Counted from the stretch's first letter, positions 27,161 through 40,580 are shown. The stretch: 64,000 bases of DNA from Macrostomum hystrix (GCA_950097015.1 CATNEN010000030.1:3472001-3536000); one strand, 5' to 3'. Program-made: numbers and translations. Notes: generated from the letters alone by a model not told the origin.

Positions 27161-28200
27161 GGGAAGCAATGAAAAAAGAAACAGGTATAAAATAGGACGA
27201 GAAAACTATGAAAAGAAATAGAAAGGCAAACAGCAAAGCAGAGAGCTGGACACCGATTGACGTGAATTTTCCATCCTCCAAAACTACTTTACTGTCTCGA
27301 TCGTGTCTCTGTGATAGAACTTGTTGGTCGAAATTTCTACATATCGGCAAAATCCCAATCTTCCCAATTTGCTTTCGCCAGTGAGGATAGAATGGGGGAT
27401 GGGATCGGCTATAGGGATGAGATGGTTATAATTTGGCCTCCCTTGTATCTCCTATCTTTTCTGCTCCTTTGCCCAGGCCCGCTGACTCCGCAGCAGCACT
27501 GATTTGATTCTCTCGCCGAACAGATGGGAAAATGACGAGGGAAATGAGAGAGTGAAGCATAGAAAACAGAGAGTGCCAAGGTATAGGATCCTCAGATCCT
27601 ATCTTTGACAGAGCATGTGAGCCTCAATTTGAGTGTATATGTGTTCGGACCAATAAATTTACATAGAAATTCAATTGTTGAGTCCATGAACTTGGCTAGT
27701 CTAACAGGCGCATTGTCTGCGTGATGAATTCGTGGATGCAATTTAAATCCTATTATTTTAAGTCGTAACGCGATTTGGCCCAACTCGAGTGCTTCTGTAG
27801 TGTTAATACGTGGTAAATTATTCTTAACTATGAATTGACGCTATCGACTTGAAGTGTGTCGTTTTTCTTCATTTATTTTATTTTAGACTCGATGATAAAC
27901 AGTCAGTCCTAGTCTTTCGGGTGTCGCAATAATGCCGCCTAGTAGTACTTTAGTCTGCTCCACACAGTAATTAATTTTCGAGTGGGCTTTAGTCTAGCTG
28001 ATAATGGGATTAAAATTGGCAGTCGGGTTTGTAAGGATCCTTAACTCAAACCTGGGGCTAGGTGGGTAGCAGGTGACAAAGCTGTGCCCAATTTGTCCAA
28101 TTAGCCATGGAAATACTGGCGGGTAACACGGAAGGCGAGTGCGAGATTCGGCGCAGATGGAGAGACCGGGTCCATCTATCACCCTTCAACGCCTCTCTGC

Positions 28201-28246
28201 GATCTGGGATCTGGGATCTGGGATCTGGGATCTGGGATCTGGGATC
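28201..28246. repeat. (GATCTGG)6 short tandem repeat
   Basis: Direct reading. Confidence 0.9.
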
Positions 28247-28865
28247 CGGATTGATATAGGCACGGTCCGCGCTGTTCGCATTTTCGAGCTTGATTAGGCA
28301 CCAAGGCTTCGCGTCCTTGTGTGTGCGTGTGCGTGAGAGAGAGAAGCGGTGATGAGGTGATGCGGTGCCAACAGAAGACTAAGGAAAACGCAGCCAACAA
28401 TTTCTCATCTATCTCGACCTATAGATAGATTTTTAGCGAAAATATAAATTCATCGTCACGTCGGGCCGGCGCGGGTTTGGGCCAACCATCTCAAATGCGA
28501 GCATAGTAAATGGCTATTGTTAGCGCGCCAAACAGCAATCTATGTCAGGTGTATGAGGATTGTGAAGCCAAGCAAACACTCCCAATTCTGGCTAGGCAAT
28601 TTGAGTTTTTTTAATGAGAAATACGTGTCACACAGTTTAACTACGAACCTGTATTTGTGAGCACTCACAATATATAACTCTAGAGTATTTGGCTTGCATC
28701 AAATAGCATTGTTCTCTTTTAGTTAGGCAAAAAGTTCGATTCCCAATATTTTTGTCCAAATATTTGTTAAGCTAAGTTGTAATTTCAAAACTACTTTTAG
28801 CATGCGCATAGTCCTCCTACTCACTCAGCAAATTATTTCTCTAGGCTTCATACTTCTATTTAGAG

Positions 28866-29510
28866 CAGGGGTCGGCAACCTTATATACCCCGCGGGCTAA
28901 AGAGAGAATCTTAAAGACGACGGCGGGCCGCATGAAGAAAGGGGAGAGATTAGACACATGAGAGATCAGACATGTCAGAGATCAGACAGGTGAGAGATGA
29001 GACAGGGGAGAGATGAGACAGGAGAGAGATGAGACGGGAGAGATGAGACACGGGAGTGGTGAGACAGGGGAGAGGTGAGACAGGGGAGAGATGAGACAGG
29101 GGAGAGGTGAGACAGGGGAGAGGTGAGACAGGGGAGTGGTAAGACAGGGGAGAGGTGAGACAGGGGAGAGGTGAGACAGGGGAGAGATGAGACAGGGGAG
29201 AGGTGAGACAGGGGAGAGGTGAGACAGGGGAGAGATGAGACAGGGGAGAGATGAGACGGGAAAGATGAGACGGGAGAGATGAGACAGGGGAGAGATGAGA
29301 CAGGGGAGAGATGAGACAGGGGAGAGGTGAGACAGGGGAGAGATGAGACAGGGGAGAGATGAGATAGGGGAGTGGTGAGACAGGGGAGAGATGAGATGGG
29401 AGAGATGAGACAGGGTGTACTGTAGAGTAGGTGTTAGGAGGAGCTAAGGGCCGGATTTGGGAGCTTCGAGGGCCGCATCTGGCCCGCGGGCCGGAGGTTG
29501 CCGACCCCTG
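28866..29510. mobile_element. hAT (Charlie/Buster-like) MITE carrying an internal 16-bp minisatellite
   Basis: Perfect 15-bp TIR CAGGGGTCGGCAACC / GGTTGCCGACCCCTG. Perfect 8-bp TSD ATTTAGAG at 28858-28865 and 29511-29518. Internal (GAGATGAGACAGGGGA)n at ~28950-29415. Confidence 0.93.
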
Positions 29511-30306
29511 ATTTAGAGTGTACAGAATATATAAGTTTCCGTCACTGATCCATCACGTGACGATCGACCTTGTTGCTAAAAATAGCACCGGACGAAATAG
29601 CATGGTGTAACTTTCCGTCACGTGACGATTGACCTTGTGGCTGAAAATACTACTTTACTAAATAAGTCTCCTTTACGGTTTACTTAAAGCTATTGCATAG
29701 AAATGATACATAAGGACTTGCTTCTCTTTACTCTTTACAAAACGCAGTGCCACCTCTAGTTATCTTCGAAATCAACCAAGTGAATTTAACATTTTTTTCA
29801 GTTGCTCTGAATCAAATCTGAAACATTCCTATGGCTGCTTTTTCTCACGATGCAACAAGTCTTTCCAATCCAGCAGTTTAATTAAAAAAATTATTGAATT
29901 TCTTTGATGTCTGTAGCCTTCGAGGAGGCATCAGTCAGGGGAGGGGGATTACCCTGACAGGACTTCGCGTCCCTTTCTTGTCCAGCAATGTCTCCTAAAA
30001 GAGACGGGAATGAAAAATTATGAATCTGATTTCTCGAAAATCTATCTGTCATCTGCGCCCCGAAAACCTTCAGTCCCTGCTTCACTAAAGGTCGTTAATC
30101 TGTCGACAAGAATTTTGGGATTATAGAAATGGCCCGCTCTAGTAAATTCAATCCGTTGATCTCGGCGCTAAATCTCATTGCCTAATCCGAAGATTAGATC
30201 AGCGGCCGGCGGTTCCTTTTAAGAATTTAGGCAAACAAATATTAAAAGATGAAGAAAAACATACTTTTTTCCACCGGAACTTTCAGTGCAACCGGCAAGC
30301 CAGCCA

Positions 30307-33300
30307 ATGAACATTGACGTGATCGGCCGGGTGCGGCCTTCGATTCGCAACGAGGGCCCGTGCACTCTAGCCATCGGCTCCGACAACCGAGTATCATCCA
30401 GGCCCGGCGGCCAGTCGTTTGTGTTCCAGCACCTGTACCAGCAGGGCGCCAGCAATCTTGACGTTTATAGTCGCCACGTGGAGCCGATGGTGGACATTTT
30501 CCTGGCTGGCTACAATGTCTGCTTCATGTGCTTCGGCGAGAGCGGCGCTGGCAAGAGCTTCACAATGGCCGGGGACTCGTCTATGAAAAATGGCCTTGTG
30601 CCGCTAGTGCTGGCTTCCCTGTTTGCCAAGCTGGATCCGGGTGAGCCCTGCGGCTGAGTCAGCCAGGCCAATGCTCATTGTCAGGGAGTGATTCCCCGAG
30701 AGTGACTCTCGCATAACGATTCTTAGAGATTCTTAGAGATTAGTGATTCTCGGAGAGTGATTCTCGGAGAGTGAGTGATTCTCGGAGAGTGATTCTCGGA
30801 GAGTGATTCTCGGAGAGTGAGTGATTCTCGGAGAGTGAGTGATTCTCGGAGAGTGAGTGATTCTCGGAGAGTGAGTGATTCTCGGAGAGTGAGTGATTCT
30901 CGAAGAGTGATTCTCGGAGAGTGAGTGATTCTCGGAGAGTGATTCTCGAAAAACGATTCTTAGAAAATTATTTTCGGAGAAGTGAGCGATTCTCAGAAGT
31001 GTGTCTAGAAGAGTTCTCATTAAAACGTTTCTTGAGTTCCCGCGATTATTTTTGAGATAAGGAATTCTAACTTAGTGATCATAAGCGCATTCAGACTTTA
31101 TTATTTTCTGCTTTTAAATCATTGCTTAATTTGTCGTGTGATTAATTTCATTTGTTATGAAGTAGATATCTCGACAACTGGCTTTGACCAATTAGCGAAG
31201 TCTAATTAACAAACATTTTGCGCTAACTCATATTGCCAATTACTTGTAGAAGTGATTAATGTAGGATTTTTCCAAGATCTAGTTAGTATTTTGCGCACGT
31301 GAGTTTTAACTAAGGCATGCCTTTGCACATTTCAGCCGATATCCTACCCGGTCGTAGTAAGTTTGACGAATAGCTTTTTGGCGCTACAATAAGCTCATTG
31401 GTTGCGGGAAAAATCCTTTCGAATTTTTAATTTAATTGTCTCCAAAGAGTCCCATGTTTGTCCCAGCTGGGTTGGGAACGCTGAATTTAAATCGTAAACC
31501 AATAGCCACTGATCTATTTGCTGATTGCTGCCACCTGCGAATTTTATTATGCATCTACATAAACTCGGACTCTTACCCACTGCCTCTCCTCTCTTCCTCT
31601 CCCCACTGCCTCTCCTCTCTTCCTCTCCCCACTGCCTCTCCTCTCTTCCTCTCCCCACTGCCTCTCCTCTCTTCCTCTCCCCACTGCCTCTCCTCTCTTC
31701 CTCTCCCCACTGCCTCTCCTCTCTTCCTCTCCCCACTGCCTCTCCTCTCTTCCTCTCCCCACTGCCTCTCCTCTCTTCCTCTCCCCACCGCCTCTCCTCT
31801 CTTCCTCTCCCCACTGCCTCTCCTCTCCTCCACTCCGCACTGCCTCTCCTCTCTTCCTCTCCCCACTGCCTCTCCTCTCTTCCTCTCCCCACTGCCTCTC
31901 CTCTCTTCCTCTCCCCACTGCCTCTCCTCTCTTCCTCTCCCCACTGCCTCTCCTCTCTTCCTCTCCCCACTGCCTCTCCTCTCTTCCTCTCCCCACTGCC
32001 TCTCCTCTCTTCCTCTCCCCACTGCCTCTCCTCTCTTCCTCTCCCCACTGCCTGTCCTCTCTTCCTCTCCCCACTGCCTCTCCTCTCTTCCTCTCCCCAC
32101 TGCCTGTCCTCTCTTCCTCTCCCCACTGCCTCTCCTCTCTTCCTCTCCCCACTGCCTCTCCTCTCTTCCTCTCCCCACTGCCTGTCCTCTCTTCCTCTCC
32201 CCACTGCCTGTCCTCTCTTCCTCTCCCCACTGCCTCTCCTCTCTTCCTCTCCCCACTGCCTCTCCTCTCTTCTTCTCCCCACTGCCTCTCCTCTCTTCCT
32301 CTCCCCACTGCCTCTCCTCTCTTCCTCTCCCCACTGCCTCTCCTCTCTTCTTCTCCCCACTGCCTCTCCTCTCTTCCTCTCCCTACTGCCTCTCCTCTCT
32401 TCCTCTCCCCACTGCCTCTCCTCTCTTCCTCTCCCCACTGCCTGTCCTCTCTTCTTCTCCCCACTGCCTGTCCTCTCTTCCTCTCCCCACTGCCTGTCCT
32501 CTCTTCCTCTCCCCACTGCCTGTCCTCTCTTCCTCTCCCCACTGCCTCTCCTCTCTTCTTCTCCCCACTGCCTCTCCTCTCTTCCTCTCCCTACTGCCTC
32601 TCCTCTCTTCCTCTCCCCACTGCCTCTCCTCTCTTCCTCTCCCCACTGCCTGTCCTCTCTTCTTCTCCCCACTGCCTGTCCTCTCTTCCTCTCCCCACTG
32701 CCTGTCCTCTCTTCCTCTCCCCACTGCCTCTCCTCTCTTCCTCTCCCCACTGCCTCTCCTCTCTTCTTCTCCCCACTGCCTCTCCTCTCTTCCTCTCCCC
32801 ACTGCCTCTCCTCTCTTCCTCTCCCCACTGCCTCTCCTCTCTTCTTCTCCCCACTGCCTCTCCTCTCTTCCTCTCCCTACTGCCTCTCCTCTCTTCCTCT
32901 CCCCACTGCCTCTCCTCTCTTCCTCTCCCCACTGCCTGTCCTCTCTTCTTCTCCCCACTGCCTGTCCTCTCTTCCTCTCCCCACTGCCTGTCCTCTCTTC
33001 CTCTCCCCACTGCCTCTCCTCTCTTCCTCTCCCCACTGCCTCTCCTCTCTTCCACTCCCCACTGCCTCTCCTCTCTTCCTCTCCCCACTGCCTCTCCTCT
33101 CTTCCTCTCCCCACTGCCTCTCCTCTCCTTCACCACTGCCTCTCCTCTCTTCCTCTCCCCACTGCCTCTCCTCTCCTTCACCACTGCCTCTCCTCTCTTC
33201 CTCTCCCCACTGCCTCTCCTCTCTTCCACTCCCCACTGCCTCTCCTCTCCTTCACCACTGCCTTACCTCTCTTCCTCGTCAAGAGCAATCCTCTTTCCTG

Positions 33301-36300
33301 TTCATGGTTTTTTTTCTGTTCATGGTCATTATTTGCGTGCATTATTAATTTATTTTTTCATCAATAGCAAAGTTTTACACTAATGACAGAAACAGATATT
33401 ACGAGACAATATTAATAGACTAAGTCCTCTCAACAATATGGTCATTGGTTTAAAATGGAAAATTTCTCCATTCGCAACTCATTATATCGAAGGAAACTAG
33501 AAAAAGTAGTTATTCTTTTATTACAGTTTTAAAGCGCATTATACTTCTGCCCGGTAAGACAGCTTTCACAGTCAAGTTCTATCGATAGAACATTTCACCC
33601 ATATATATATATATGCTGTAGATTGTGTATATATTTATGTACGATATATACGTACGAGTCCCTTTAATAATAGCACTCTGTAATAGAGTTTTCACCTTCA
33701 GAATCAGCGAATAGAACTGCAATTAATTTTGTCACGTGAGGAAGCACTTGAAATTGATTTCTGATATGATTTCGCAAACGTGACTTCTCACTGAATATTA
33801 TACATTCACTGCTGCTGTATTTTCTTAGAAGTTCCTTTTATAACTAATAACGCGTTCTTATAATGAATGAAACTAACAATTGATGAAGCTTTAAGGGCCA
33901 TTATTTCTTGAGTTTAATTTTAATCACATAAAAGTGAAAAGCCATCATACCCTACCTACCCCCTAGAGTGCAGAGTCATCACCCCATACCCCCTAGAGTG
34001 CAGAGCCATCACCCCATACCCCCTAGAGTGCAGAGCCATCACCCCTTACCCCCTTGAGTGCAGAGCCATCACCCCATACCCCCTAGAGTTCAGAGCCATC
34101 ACCCCATACCCCCTAGAGTGCAGAGCCATCACCCCATACCCCCTAGAGTGCAGAGCCATCACCCCATACCCCCTAGAGTGCAGAGCCATCACCCCATACC
34201 CCCTAGAGTGCAGAGCCATCACCCCATACCCCCTAGAGTGCAGAGCCATCACCCCATACCCCCTAGAGTGCAGAGCCATCACCCCTTACCCCCTTGAGTG
34301 CAGAGCCATCACCCCATACCCCCTAGAGTGCAGAGCCATCACCCCATACCCCTAGAGTGCAGAGCCATCACCCCTTACCCCCTTGAGTGCAGAGCCATCA
34401 CCCCATACCCCCTAGAGTGCAGAACCATCACCCCTTACCCCCTAGAGTGCAGAGCCATCACCCGTTACCCCCGAGAGTACAGAGCCACCACCCTACCCCC
34501 TAGAGTGCAGAGCCATCACCCCTTACCCCCTAGAGTGCCGAGCCAAGAGCCCTTACCACTTAATGTGCAGAGTAATCACACCTGTCTTAAAAATGCTGAG
34601 GCACCTTCTGTCACTTCGCCAATTACGCCCAATCAGCTAATTCAAAATATGCGCCGACATTGCTGAAACCTAGCACAACCATTTTTCTCACAGGTGACAA
34701 ATTTCTGTACAGCCAGGACGGTGGCAAGGAGAGCAGCAAGGTGACTCTGCGAATGGTGGAAATCTACCAGGAGAAGATCCGCGACCTGATGGTCATTCCC
34801 ACTACGTCTAATAGCGGCCTGCAACTACGGCACACAGCCGAAGGCGGTGTTGATGTTGATGGCGCAATTGTGACGCAAGTAAGGCTGATAAGCAACGGTT
34901 AACTTTGTGAATTTCGTTGAAAAAACAAAAGCAAGAATGTCCCTTAAAATCCCAACGCAGGTAAACAAAGCGTCTGAGGCCACCACTTTGTTCCGCGAGG
35001 GCTGGACCCGGCGCAATGAAGAGATGACCGACCAGGGCTTGGCTAGCAACCAAAGCGCTGTGGTGGTGCAGCTGGACCTCACCTACATTGCCAAGGAGAC
35101 CGGCCTGCCTAACAGGTCGCGATTTACCCTGGTGGACCTGCCTGGCTCGGAGAAGCTCATATTTGAGAGCACGCACATCCGCATGCGAGACGGACCACTG
35201 CTCAGTAGGGCCATTGTGGCCTTCGCCGGCACCGCCAAGGAGCTCAGCGGCAAGAGGAACGCCAATCGTGTCATCAACTACAAGTTTGTGCTTTGCCAAT
35301 CACCCAACCTGCTCAATCACCCAACCTACCCAATCACCCAACCTACCCAATCACCCAACCTACTCAATCACCCAACCTACCCAATCACCCAACCTACCCA
35401 ATCACCCTACCTACCCAATCACCCAACCTACTCAATCACCCAACCTACTCAATCACCCAACCTACTCAATCACCCAACCTACTCAATCACCCAACCTACC
35501 CAATCACCCAACCTACCCAATCACCCAACCTACCCAATCACGCAACCTACCCAATCACCCAAACTACTCAATCACCCAACCAACCGCCACCCAACGGCTC
35601 CCGCAGCCAGTCGGTGCTGACTCGGCTGCTCCAGGAGGAGCTGGGTGGCAACTGTCGCACTCGCTGCCTGGTGTGCATGAAGCCGCAGTCGGACTCTGAC
35701 GTGCTAGCTGGCACACTTCGCGTGGCGGAGCACCTGGCTCTGGTGAACACCTTCCCGATACTGAACGACCTTTACGCGCAATTCCTGCTGACCCAGACCA
35801 GAGCCAGGCTGCTGAAACTGGAGCTAGATCTCGGCAGCGATGTTGGCGGCCCCGGCAGGCCGGCGCTCTCCGACGTGAAGACGGAGCTGCAGCGGGTGCA
35901 GACGGAGAACCTCCAGCTGCGGGACAAATCTGAGCGGCTGCTGTACCGCCTCGAGCAGCTGCAGAGCAAGTACGGCACCCTGGCACACGCCAAGGCCGAC
36001 CTGAACTCCGAGCTTCTCAGCACAGAGGAGGAGAAACTCAAAGTTGGCAAGGCGCTAGTTGAGCTGGAGATTGAGAACAACAAGCTAAAGGAAGAGTTGG
36101 AAGCACAAAAATTTGAGATGGGAAACCGGGTAAGAAATTTCTGCTTCAAACCAACTCCGTAACTCCGTACCAGCCCCGTTAATCACCCTGACCCGATACT
36201 AGACCCATTTCATACAAAAACCATTCCACACGCCAATCCACCCAGCACCCTAATGTATCCCACACAATTATCTATCCCACACCCTTATCCATCCCACACC

Positions 36301-38887
36301 CTTATCAATCCCACACCCTTATCTATCCCACACCCTTATCCATCCCACACCCTTATCCATCCCACACCCTGATCCATCCCATACCCCGATCCATCCCACA
36401 CCCCGATCCATCCCACACCCCGATCCATCCTACACCCGATCTATCCCACACCCGATCCATTCCACACCCCGATCCATCCCACACCCATCCATCCCACACC
36501 CATCCATCCCACACCCGATCCATCCCACACCCCGATCCATCCCACACCCAATCCATCCATCACTCGATCCATCCCACACCCGATCTATCCCACACCCGAT
36601 CCATCCCACACGTCAACCCACCGCCGGCAGATCCTGGAGCTGGAGAACCAGCTGCTGGAGGCCAGCATGCGAGCCGAGCAGTGGCATGCTGACGCCATGA
36701 AGCTGCGCCAAACCGAGGACGAGCGCAAGCAGCTGGCAGACGAGTACGTCAGGATGAAGGAGCAGCTGCTGACTCAGACCAGAGACTACGACGCCTTGGT
36801 GGCAAAGAATGAGGAGCTCAGCATGGAGCTGCTGAACCTGGTGAACACCAAGAATGAGCTGCTGAAGCAGAGGGACAACATGTCCCTAGCCGGCATGCGG
36901 GGCCACGATCCACAGGCTGAGATGCAGCGCATCAAGGCCATGATAGCCAAGACTCCCGGCGACATGGTAGGCGGCCGCAGCTCCAGGCAGCAGCAGCTGC
37001 CGGGCGCCGGGGCCGAGAGGCGAATGCTGCGCACCGGCCAACTGGACCGCGAGCTGGAGGGACTTCGAGGCCAGTACGACAAGGATCAGGAGAAGCTCAG
37101 GGACCGAATGTGGGTTTGAGCACATTATTGGCAATCCCCTTCGATCCCCTTCCCAATCCTTAGTTAAATCCCCTTCCCAATCCTTAGTTCAATCCCCTTC
37201 CCAATCCTTAGTTAAATCCCCTTCCCAATCCTTAGTTCAATCCCCTCCCAAACCCTAGTTCGATCCCTTCCCAATCCTTAGTTCGATCCCCTTCCCAATC
37301 CTTATTTAGTTCGATCCCCTTCCCAATCCTTATTTAGTTCGATCCCCTTCCCAATCCTTATTTAGTTCGATCCCCTTCCCAATCCTTATTTAGTTCGATC
37401 CCCTTCCCAATCCTTATTTAGTTCGATCCCCTTCCCAATCCTTAGTTCGATCCCCTTCCCAATCCTTAGTTCGATCCCCTTCCCAATCCTTAGTTCGATC
37501 CCCTTCCCAATCCTTATTTAGTTCGATCCCCTTCCCAATCCCAAGTTCGATCCCCTTCCTAATCCTTACTTAGTTCGATCCCCTTCCCAATCCTTAGTTC
37601 AATCCTCATCCCTAAGAACCCTCATCCGATTTCTGTCCCCTCTCAGAAACTTCCTGCTTAAGGAGCTGCAGGACACGCGGCAGCTGGCCAAGTCGCGGCT
37701 TCGCGAAATCTCCGAAGCCAAGGCAGCATTGGTGACCGCGCGCAGCGACGCCCAGCAGCTGCAGCTGCAGTACAACCGCTGCCAGCACCGGCTCAAGGAC
37801 CTCCAGGAGGAGTACAAATCTCGTCTGGCCCGCTACGTCCAAGACATCGCCGAGCATGAAGATGGCCGCGGCGCCGGAGGCGACGGTGGCAGCCTTCGGG
37901 ATTACGTCACCTCCATGCTGGCCGACCTGCGCCGGGCGCACAAGGCTCGCGAGGAGCAGCTGGCCGCTGCAGCGCAGGAGTTCCGTGGCCGCATGATGGA
38001 CACGGCCAGGGAGCATGAGCGGCTCCTGGTGGCACACGAGAGCCTCCGCCAGCGGGTGCTGGAGAGCGCACCGGAGGTCGACCCGGGGCCGGCCATCGAC
38101 CAGCTGCGCCTCACGGACGAGGACCTGGTGAGTGGCACGCAGTCGGAGCTGCTGCGCCTGACAGAGGAGCTGGCCAGGGCACGCAAGGAGGCCGCGAACT
38201 TGAAGCTGCGCCTTGGCGGCCGGCCGGACACCGGCGAACGGCAACGGCTGGCCGACGGCGAGGCGCGTGACTTCCAGGACCTGCGGCGCCAGATTCGCGA
38301 CTTCAACAACTCGGTGCAGGCCGAGCTGGAGACTGAGAGGGCGGCCCTGATTGCAAGAAATCAGGTGGGCTTTGATTCTGAAGAGTTTTTACTGCCTGCG
38401 ATTGGTTCTGTGAGCCCAGAATACGCTGGGGCGTAGGGGCGCCCTGGCCTTTTCTAGTGTAATATCAGGTCCGATAATAGTAACAAGCGTTAGTTGCTTA
38501 CCGGCAATCTGCAGCATTTTTATTTCAATAATAATTGTATAGTTTTAGTAGTAATAATGTTATTATTCCTGACTCCTGAGCACACACGCACACAGATACC
38601 GTACGCAGGCACACACTCACACAAGGAGGTTGGCCCTTAAGGGCGTAAATTGCACGACAAACCCCAAAGCCATCGCTCGGCGGCTGCGCCCTAAATGTGG
38701 CCTCGCCGCGGAATCGAGCTCAGGGACCTTGGTGCGAGAGGCAAACGCTTTAACCGCTCACAGCTCCCCAAGTGACAGAGCACTTCTAATTTACTTACTC
38801 ATCTAAACGCATCCGCAGGCCCTGGAGGAGCAGCTGCGCGAAGCTCGTCGAAAACTAGACAAGCGGAGGCCGCTGCCGCCTACTTAG
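30307..38887 (+). CDS. CCDC78: Kinesin-like motor domain fused to a CCDC78-like coiled coil (~876 aa), 7 exons
   Basis: Exons 30307-30640, 34694-34878, 34961-35283, 35607-36129, 36631-37109, 37647-38364 and 38819-38887 (2631 nt, all GT-AG, phases consistent). Kinesin motifs: VIGRVRP, GESGAGKSFT, EIYQEKIRDL, LVDLPGSE, SVLTRLLQEELGGN. CCDC78-like blocks: EEEKLKVGKALVELEIENNKLKEELEAQKFEM, LADLRRAHKAREEQLAAAA, IRDFNNSVQAELETERAALIAR. Confidence 0.85.
30680..31020. repeat. 14/18-bp quasi-palindromic minisatellite (GAGTGATTCTCGGA) in kinesin/CCDC78 intron 1
   Basis: Direct reading. Confidence 0.9.
31575..33270. repeat. 26-bp pyrimidine-rich minisatellite (CCCCACTGCCTCTCCTCTCTTCCTCT), ~65 copies, intron 1
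   Basis: Direct reading. Explains the artefact ORFs of up to 643 aa on both strands. Confidence 0.97.
33950..34560. repeat. 30-bp minisatellite (CCCTAGAGTGCAGAGCCATCACCCCATACC), intron 1
   Basis: Direct reading. Confidence 0.95.
35298..35585. repeat. 17-bp minisatellite (AATCACCCAACCTACYC) filling intron 3 (35284-35606)
   Basis: Direct reading. The array occupies almost the whole 323-nt intron. Confidence 0.95.
36270..36610. repeat. 16-17-bp minisatellite (CCATCCCACACCCGAT) in intron 4
   Basis: Direct reading. Confidence 0.92.
37130..37610. repeat. 24/29-bp minisatellite (TAGTTCGATCCCCTTCCCAATCCT) filling intron 5
   Basis: Direct reading. Confidence 0.95.
38561..38769 (-). mobile_element. 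tRNA-derived SINE family B, short variant, in intron 6
   Basis: Minus-strand head GGGGAGCTGTGAGCGGTTAAAGCG...GGTCCCTGAGCTCGATTCCGCGGCGAGG, shared with the copies at 45015 and 62065. Ends GGAGTCAGG followed by an AAT-rich tail. Confidence 0.8.
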
Positions 38888-39261
38888 CAGTGGCATGTGA
38901 AGCAGTGACACATGCTTTCGAATTTATATTTTAATGCAGACTTCCAATTAATAGTTCTTTTCTTCCCGTAAGACGCTTATCTACATATGAATTGTTTATA
39001 AAATGTAGCTTTACTTCTTTCAATTGTCGAATTTTTTACTTGTAGCTTCCTAACTCTGTATATTTAATGTTTAATTAAAATTGAATAAGTCCAAATGAAT
39101 ATTTGATGCGTGACATCAGGTTCAGAGATGTGATGAGATGCTTCACAATTTTTTATGTAGCTCTTGGTAAAGTCGCAGAAAATACATACCTTCTACATAC
39201 ATTTTTATTTTTCTAGCTATTTGAGTTTCCAAAAAGTAATTACACAGCTGTTCATTCTTAC

Positions 39262-40580
39262 TCCCCATTATCCTCTATTCTCCCCATTATCCTCTATTCT
39301 CCCTATTATCCTCTATTCTCCCTATTATCCTCTATTCTCCCCATTATCCTCTATTCTCTACATTGTTATCTATTCTCCCAATTGTCCTCTATTCTCCCCA
39401 TTATCCTCTATTCTCCCCATTATCCTCTATTCTCCCTATTATCCTCTATTCTCCCCATTATCCTCTATTCTCCCCATTATCCTCTATTCTCTACATTATT
39501 ATCTATTCTCCCAATTATCCTCTATTCTCCCCATTATCCTCTATTCTCCCTATTATCCTCTATTCTCCCCATTATCCTCTATTCTCTACATTGTTATCTA
39601 TTCTCCCAATTGTCCTCTATTCTCCCCATTATCCTCTATTCTCCCTATTATCCTCTATTCTCCCAATTATCCTCTATTCTCCCCATTATCCTCTATTCTC
39701 CCCATTATCCTCTATTCTCCCTATTATCCTCTATTCTCCCCATTATCCTCTATTCTCCCCAATGTCCTCTATTCTCTACATTATTATCTATTCTCCCAAT
39801 TATCCTCTATTCTCCCCATTATCCTCTATTCTCCCTATTATCCTCTATTCTCCCCATTATCCTCTATTCTCTACATTGTCATCCATTCTCCCAATTATCC
39901 TCTATTCTCCCCATTATCCTCTATTCTCTACATTGTCATCTATTCTCCCAATTATCCTCTATTCTCCCCATTATCCTCTATTCTCCATATTATCCTCTAT
40001 TCTCCCCATTATCCTCTATTCTCCCCATTATCCTCTATTCTCTACATTGTTATCTATTCTCCCAATTATCCTCTATTCTCCCCATAATCCTCTATTCTCC
40101 CTATTATCCTCTATTCTCCCCATTATCCTCTATTCTCCCTATTATCCTCTATTCTCCCCATTATCCTCTATTGTCCCTATTATCCTCTATTCTCCCCATT
40201 ATCCACTATTCTCCCCATTATCCTCTATTCTCCCTATTATCCTCTATTCTCCCCATTATCCTCTATTCTCCCAATTATCCTCTAATCTCTACATTGTCAT
40301 CTATTCTCCCAATTATCCTCTATTCTCCCCATTATCCTCTATTCTCCCAATTATCCTCTAATCTCTACATTGTCATCTATTCTCCCAATTATCCTCTATT
40401 CTCCCCATTATCCTCTATTCTCCCTATTATCCTCTATTCTCGCCATTATCCTCTATTCTCTCCATTACCCTCTATTCTCCCCATTATCCTCTATTCTCCT
40501 CATTATCCTCTATTTTCCCTATTATGTTCTATTCTCCCTATTATCCTCTATTCTCCCCATTGTCATCTATTATCCTCATT
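39262..40580. repeat. 19-bp minisatellite (ATTATCCTCTATTCTCCCC) between two convergent genes
   Basis: Direct reading. Source of the SILPIILYSP artefact ORFs. Confidence 0.97.

Noticed and set aside
25625-27350. 514- and 527-aa ORFs
   Set aside because: Translations of the 19/27-bp minisatellite.
31395-33367. ORFs of up to 643 aa on both strands
   Set aside because: The 26-bp array lies inside a well-supported intron (30641-34693).
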